From positions 256 to 30,535 of the forward strand of contig CAYQFM010000003.1 of assembly GCA_964416735.1 (NCBI GenBank): a DNA stretch of 30,280 nucleotides, read 5' to 3'. The translations under genes were made by a program, and so were the position numbers. Below, one piece after another: positions 26,853 to 30,280 of this stretch; position 1 is the first letter of the stretch; each line of letters starts with the position of its first letter. The notes under the pieces were generated by a model. That model worked only from the letters and a program-made list of their open reading frames with translations, was not told the origin of the DNA and searched no databases. Source of the DNA: an uncultured Iamiaceae bacterium (GTDB lineage Bacteria; Actinomycetota; Acidimicrobiia; Acidimicrobiales; Acidimicrobilacustridaceae).

Positions 26853-28139
26853 ATGCGACTGAAGCGCAGACTATCCATCCCGGTCCGACTTCTCATGATT
26901 ACGGCCGTGCTCTCGACATTCCTCGGCCTGGCTTCACCCTACGCGAACGCCCAAGATTCGGCTCCGCAGGCGGATGATGACATCGTCGTCGGGTCGTTCA
27001 TCGACGTGATCAAGGTGAACGGACTGCTCGACCCGATCATGGTGGACTTCATCGAGAGGTCGGTCGGCCAGGCCAATGCGACCGGGGCCAATGCCCTTGT
27101 GTTGCAGGTCGACACCGGCGGTGCGGTTGTGTCCGATACCCGCATCACCGAACTCGTTGACGTGATTGCTTCATCCCAGGTGCCCGTTGACATCTGGATA
27201 GGGCCGAGTGGCGCAGAGATGAGCGGAGCAGCCGCGCAACTTGTCGGCGTTGCCCACGATGTGGGAATGGCGCCTGGTACCCGTGTGGGAAACGCCGGGT
27301 TCTTCAACAACGCCAACTTGGATCAGGCGAGGCTCGAGCCGATCCGTGACCGGTCGATCGGATTCGAAGAAGCCCGTGAGCTCGGAGTGACCACGCTCGA
27401 TACCCCGACCATCGGCGACCTGGTCGTTCAGCTTCCCGGTGTCACCACGGTGGAGGTGACAAAAGATGGTGAGACCCGCCTCGAACCCGTCACCCAGGCG
27501 CGCTTTGGACAGTTGTCGTTCGTCTCGCAGTTCATGCACGCGGTGGCAAGCCCTGCTGTGACGTATCTTTTGCTGATAATCGGACTAGGCCTGATTGTCT
27601 TCGAATTGTTTACAGCCGGCGTGAACGTAGCGGGTGTGGTGAATGCGGACTCGTTCGTTCTGTCGTGGTTCGGCCTTGCCACGCTGCCCACGAACTGGTG
27701 GGGGATAGCGCTGATCTTTGTTTCGATGGCGGCGTTCGCCGTCGACGTTCAGACCGGTGTGCCACGGCTCTGGACCGTCGTGGGCGCCGTCACCTTCATT
27801 GCGGGCTCGCTGACGCTCTACGACGGCGTGGAATTGTCGGTGGTGTCGCTCATCGTGGGAATAGTGGGCATCCTTCTGGCTTTCCTGTTGGGCATGCCTT
27901 CGATGGTCCGGTCGCGGTTCTCTACGCCGGCTCTCGGACGTGGATGGCTCATGGGAGAGGCGGGGCGCGCCACCACGCCGATCGACCCGACGGGGGTGGT
28001 TCAGTTGCGCGGTGCACTGTGGCGTGCATTCACGGATGAGGAGCACCCCATCGACGAACTGGAGCGCGTTCGGGTCTGCGGTGTCGAAGGCTTGGTCGTC
28101 AAAGTCGAATTGGACACAGGAACTGCTCGCGGGAACTAG
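26853..28139 (+). CDS. nfeD: NfeD-family membrane protein (ClpP-like N-domain, TM bundle, C-terminal OB fold)
   Basis: Signal peptide; IKVNGLLDP, LVLQVDTGG, VPVDIWIGPSG, GMAPGTRVG; TM region; GEAGRATTPIDPTGVVQLRGALWRA...VRVCGVEGLVVKVE. Start moved to ATG 26853 after GGAGG. Confidence 0.85.
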   Translation: MRLKRRLSIPVRLLMITAVLSTFLGLASPYANAQDSAPQADDDIVVGSFIDVIKVNGLLDPIMVDFIERSVGQANATGANALVLQVDTGGAVVSDTRITELVDVIASSQVPVDIWIGPSGAEMSGAAAQLVGVAHDVGMAPGTRVGNAGFFNNANLDQARLEPIRDRSIGFEEARELGVTTLDTPTIGDLVVQLPGVTTVEVTKDGETRLEPVTQARFGQLSFVSQFMHAVASPAVTYLLLIIGLGLIVFELFTAGVNVAGVVNADSFVLSWFGLATLPTNWWGIALIFVSMAAFAVDVQTGVPRLWTVVGAVTFIAGSLTLYDGVELSVVSLIVGIVGILLAFLLGMPSMVRSRFSTPALGRGWLMGEAGRATTPIDPTGVVQLRGALWRAFTDEEHPIDELERVRVCGVEGLVVKVELDTGTARGN

Positions 28140-28140
28140 C

Positions 28141-28190
28141 AGAAATTTGAAATAATTTCTCTTGTTTCTCTCAAATGAGTGTCATAGATT
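28141..28190 (+). promoter_or_regulatory. Putative whiB promoter with upstream AT-rich palindrome
   Basis: AGAAATT-N6-AATTTCT (28141-28160); TTGTTT (28162-28167), 17-nt spacer, TAGATT (28185-28190). Confidence 0.55.
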
Positions 28191-28215
28191 TTCGGCGATT
28201 TCTGGGGGTTCGAAG

Positions 28216-28479
28216 TTGAGTGCTCAGCACGTTGAAGAAACATGGCAGTTGCAGGCGGCATGCAGGGGACCACACGCGGACGTGTTTTTCCCTCCTTCCC
28301 AGTTCGAGCGCAAGGAAGACAAACTCGAGCGCGAGGAGCGGGCAAAGGCGATTTGCGCCGAGTGTCCGGTGCAGAAGGAATGTCTCGAATATGCCTTGGC
28401 AATCCGTGAGCAACACGGAATATGGGGCGGGTTGAACGAGGTCGAGCGCAAGCAATTGATCGCCACACACGCTGGCTGA
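28216..28479 (+). CDS. whiB: WhiB-family Fe-S transcriptional regulator (WhiB3/WhiD-like)
   Basis: WQLQAACRG...FFP...AKAICAECPVQKECLEYAL...HGIWGGLNEVER: four Cys and the GIWGG turn. Start moved to TTG 28216. Confidence 0.93.
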   Translation: MSAQHVEETWQLQAACRGPHADVFFPPSQFERKEDKLEREERAKAICAECPVQKECLEYALAIREQHGIWGGLNEVERKQLIATHAG

Positions 28480-28493
28480 TCTGCGCTCCCTCA

Positions 28494-28540
28494 CGGTGCC
28501 CGTTCGGGGGGACGGGCACCGGACCCGCGCCCGGGTTTTC
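28494..28540 (+). terminator. Tandem-hairpin intrinsic terminator after whiB
   Basis: CGGTGCCCGT-N8-ACGGGCACCG (10 bp), then ACCCG-cgcc-CGGGT followed by TTTC. Confidence 0.65.
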
Positions 28541-28567
28541 GTGCGGCTCATGAGCATGGGCGACCGG

Positions 28568-28573
28568 TAGAAT
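28568..28573 (+). promoter_or_regulatory. -10 box, leaderless or near-leaderless fxsA
   Basis: TAGAAT, then 8 nt, then ATG 28582. Confidence 0.55.
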
Positions 28574-28581
28574 GACTTCTT

Positions 28582-29067
28582 ATGCTGCTCGCGATCTTCG
28601 TGATTCTGATTGTCGTTCCGATCGTCGAACTGTTCGTGATCATTCAGATGGCACACCTGATCGGCGTGCTCCCCACGATCCTTTTCCTGGTTCTGGTGAG
28701 TGTTGCGGGCGCATGGCTGGTCAAGCGTGAGGGAATTGGCGTGGTGGGGCGCGTGCGCGACCAACTTCAGAGGGGCGACATCCCTACCGACAGCCTCGTG
28801 GATGGTTTGCTCATTGTGGTTGCCGGTGCCATGTTGCTGTTTCCGGGGTTTGTCACCGACACGTTCGGCCTGCTGCTTCTGTTGCCGCCGGTACGGATTC
28901 TGGTGCGCAAGCTCACCATTGCCAGGTTCCTCGCCCGCATTGCGATGCCGGGTGCTGGCCGTGTCTACGACGTCCAGACCGTCCAGTTCGTGCAGAGCAC
29001 CTACGACCCGAACCCGGATCGCGCGGCTGGGGGCGACGCTTCACGTGGTGAACTCGGAAGAGGCTGA
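28582..29067 (+). CDS. fxsA: FxsA family membrane protein
   Basis: VPIVELFVII, GAWLVKREG, DGLLIVVAGAMLLFPGFVTDTFGLLLLLPPVR. Confidence 0.92.
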   Translation: MLLAIFVILIVVPIVELFVIIQMAHLIGVLPTILFLVLVSVAGAWLVKREGIGVVGRVRDQLQRGDIPTDSLVDGLLIVVAGAMLLFPGFVTDTFGLLLLLPPVRILVRKLTIARFLARIAMPGAGRVYDVQTVQFVQSTYDPNPDRAAGGDASRGELGRG

Positions 29068-29139
29068 AGGTGGAAGCCGGAATCTCCGTTGTCGATGTCG
29101 ACCTGACCGGCGCAAGCGAATGACGGGCCTCGCGCGCTG

Positions 29140-29949
29140 ATGCAGGCTGGTCTGGTTGAAACCGTGGACCCGATGGTCCGACGACTAGTGGCCCCGAACG
29201 GCGGTTTCATGACTGGCCCGGGTACCAATACCTACCTGGTGGGCCACGGCGAAGTTGCATTGATAGATCCCGGGCCCGATGACGACGTTCACCTTGAGGC
29301 GCTTGTCGAAGAGGCGGGCGGTCATTTGCGGTGGATCCTGTGCACCCACACGCACCCCGATCACTCACCCGGTGCCGCGCGCCTGGCGCAACTCACCGGC
29401 GCAGAGGTTCTCGCGCACTCGTCACGTGACGGGTTGGTGGTGGATCGTGAGGTTGCGGGAGGCGCCGTTATCGAGACGGACGAGTTCCGCTTGGAGGTGA
29501 TCCATACCCCCGGTCACGCGTCGAATCACCTGTGCTTCATGCTCGCTTCAACGCGCCTGATCTTCACTGGCGACCATATCGTGGACGGTTCGACATCTGT
29601 CGTGTTGCCCCCCGATGGCGACATGGCCGACTACATCGACTCGCTGGAATTGGTTCGTGACATCGCTCCCGGCGCCATTGCCCCGGGTCACGGTGGCCTG
29701 ATCGACGAGCCCGAGGGTGTGGTGGAGCATTACATCTCGCACCGGAAGAACCGTGAGCGCCAGATCGTGAATTTCCTTGCCGACAGCGGGATGGCCAAGG
29801 TGGACGACATCGTCGCGGACCTCTACAGCGATGTGCCCGTAATACTTCATCCCATGGCCCGACAGTCGGTGTTCGCGCACATGCTCAAACTTCTGTCGGA
29901 TGGGGTTGTTTCGGGTGAGTCGATAGAAGACGGATGGACGTTGTTGTGA
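29140..29949 (+). CDS. MBL-fold metallo-hydrolase
   Basis: APN..FMT.PGTNTYLVG, IDPGP, THTHPDH (HxHxDH), HTPGHASNH, FTGDH, PGHG, C-terminal winged-helix-like tail. Confidence 0.92.
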   Translation: MQAGLVETVDPMVRRLVAPNGGFMTGPGTNTYLVGHGEVALIDPGPDDDVHLEALVEEAGGHLRWILCTHTHPDHSPGAARLAQLTGAEVLAHSSRDGLVVDREVAGGAVIETDEFRLEVIHTPGHASNHLCFMLASTRLIFTGDHIVDGSTSVVLPPDGDMADYIDSLELVRDIAPGAIAPGHGGLIDEPEGVVEHYISHRKNRERQIVNFLADSGMAKVDDIVADLYSDVPVILHPMARQSVFAHMLKLLSDGVVSGESIEDGWTLL

Positions 29950-30280
29950 GCGATGCACTGACTGTTGATGCACTGACATTTGATGTACGAACGGTCGACA
30001 CAACGGAAGCGATGGATGAGTTGCACGCCGTTGCGGTGGTTGCTGTTGGCGGAAGCATCGGAGTCCGAATTCTGGCGCGTTTGGCGGACGCGCCGGATGT
30101 CGGGCGAATTGTCGAAATAGACCCGCTCACAGCGGCGGCCCCGGACCTGGGTGAGGCTTTAGCGACACTGGACGTGCTGGTGCTCCTGGATTTCACCGAC
30201 GGTGCTGATCTCGACGGAGTTGGGAGATCGGCCTTCGACCCGGAAACGACGCGGCACCTCATCGAAACGGCGCGCAATGC
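29946..30280 (+). CDS. NAD-dependent epimerase/dehydratase-like (extended SDR) N-terminus, 3'-truncated
   Basis: Open frame absent from the ORF track: MSDALTVDALTFDVRTV...MDELHAVAVVAVGGSIGVRILARLADAPDVGRIVEID...LDVLVLLD...TRHLIETARN; Rossmann-like beta1-alphaA pattern. GTG 29946 overlaps the MBL stop (alternative ATG 30012). Confidence 0.6.
   Translation, partial: MSDALTVDALTFDVRTVDTTEAMDELHAVAVVAVGGSIGVRILARLADAPDVGRIVEIDPLTAAAPDLGEALATLDVLVLLDFTDGADLDGVGRSAFDPETTRHLIETARN

Noticed and set aside
29140-29949. Metallo-beta-lactamase resistance gene
   Set aside because: No signal peptide; resembles housekeeping LACTB2/Rv3677c-type hydrolases in conserved context.
29885-30277. 130-aa minus-strand ORF
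   Set aside because: Shadow of the plus-strand SDR-like frame; Ser/Ala-rich with no motifs.

Overview
High-GC, densely coding chromosomal window from an actinobacterium; gene content and protein signatures suggest class Acidimicrobiia (inference). I support 33 CDS (two truncated by the window edges) and one tRNA-Pro(CGG). No mobile element, integrase, CRISPR array or recognisable defence system was seen. The backbone is a familiar actinobacterial neighbourhood (dnaX-ybaB-recR; ask-asd; tRNA-Pro; ArsA/Get3-like ATPase pair, WhiB, MBL hydrolase). Interleaved are ethylmalonyl-CoA/propionyl-CoA genes (thiolase, ccrA, mce, pccB plus epsilon subunit, meaA, hbd) and a block of hydrolase-type genes (DUF2252, esterase, secreted lipase, PIN-like protein, Rpf-like transglycosylase). 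The most notable observations are: (1) a high density of apparent pseudo-enzymes with intact ORFs but replaced catalytic residues (GGDEF that keeps its I-site, methyltransferase, S51 peptidase, cyclophilin, NfeD protease domain); (2) an orphan PIN-fold protein preceded by a 24-bp hairpin; (3) pervasive apparently leaderless promoters (TANNNT 6-9 nt before the start codon); (4) a phased operator array and a twin-hairpin leader upstream of the rpf gene, and a similar twin-hairpin leader upstream of the lipase; (5) three short frame-preserving patches that break conserved motifs in otherwise normal genes, which may be assembly artefacts. All protein calls come from motif recognition by eye, not from database searches.
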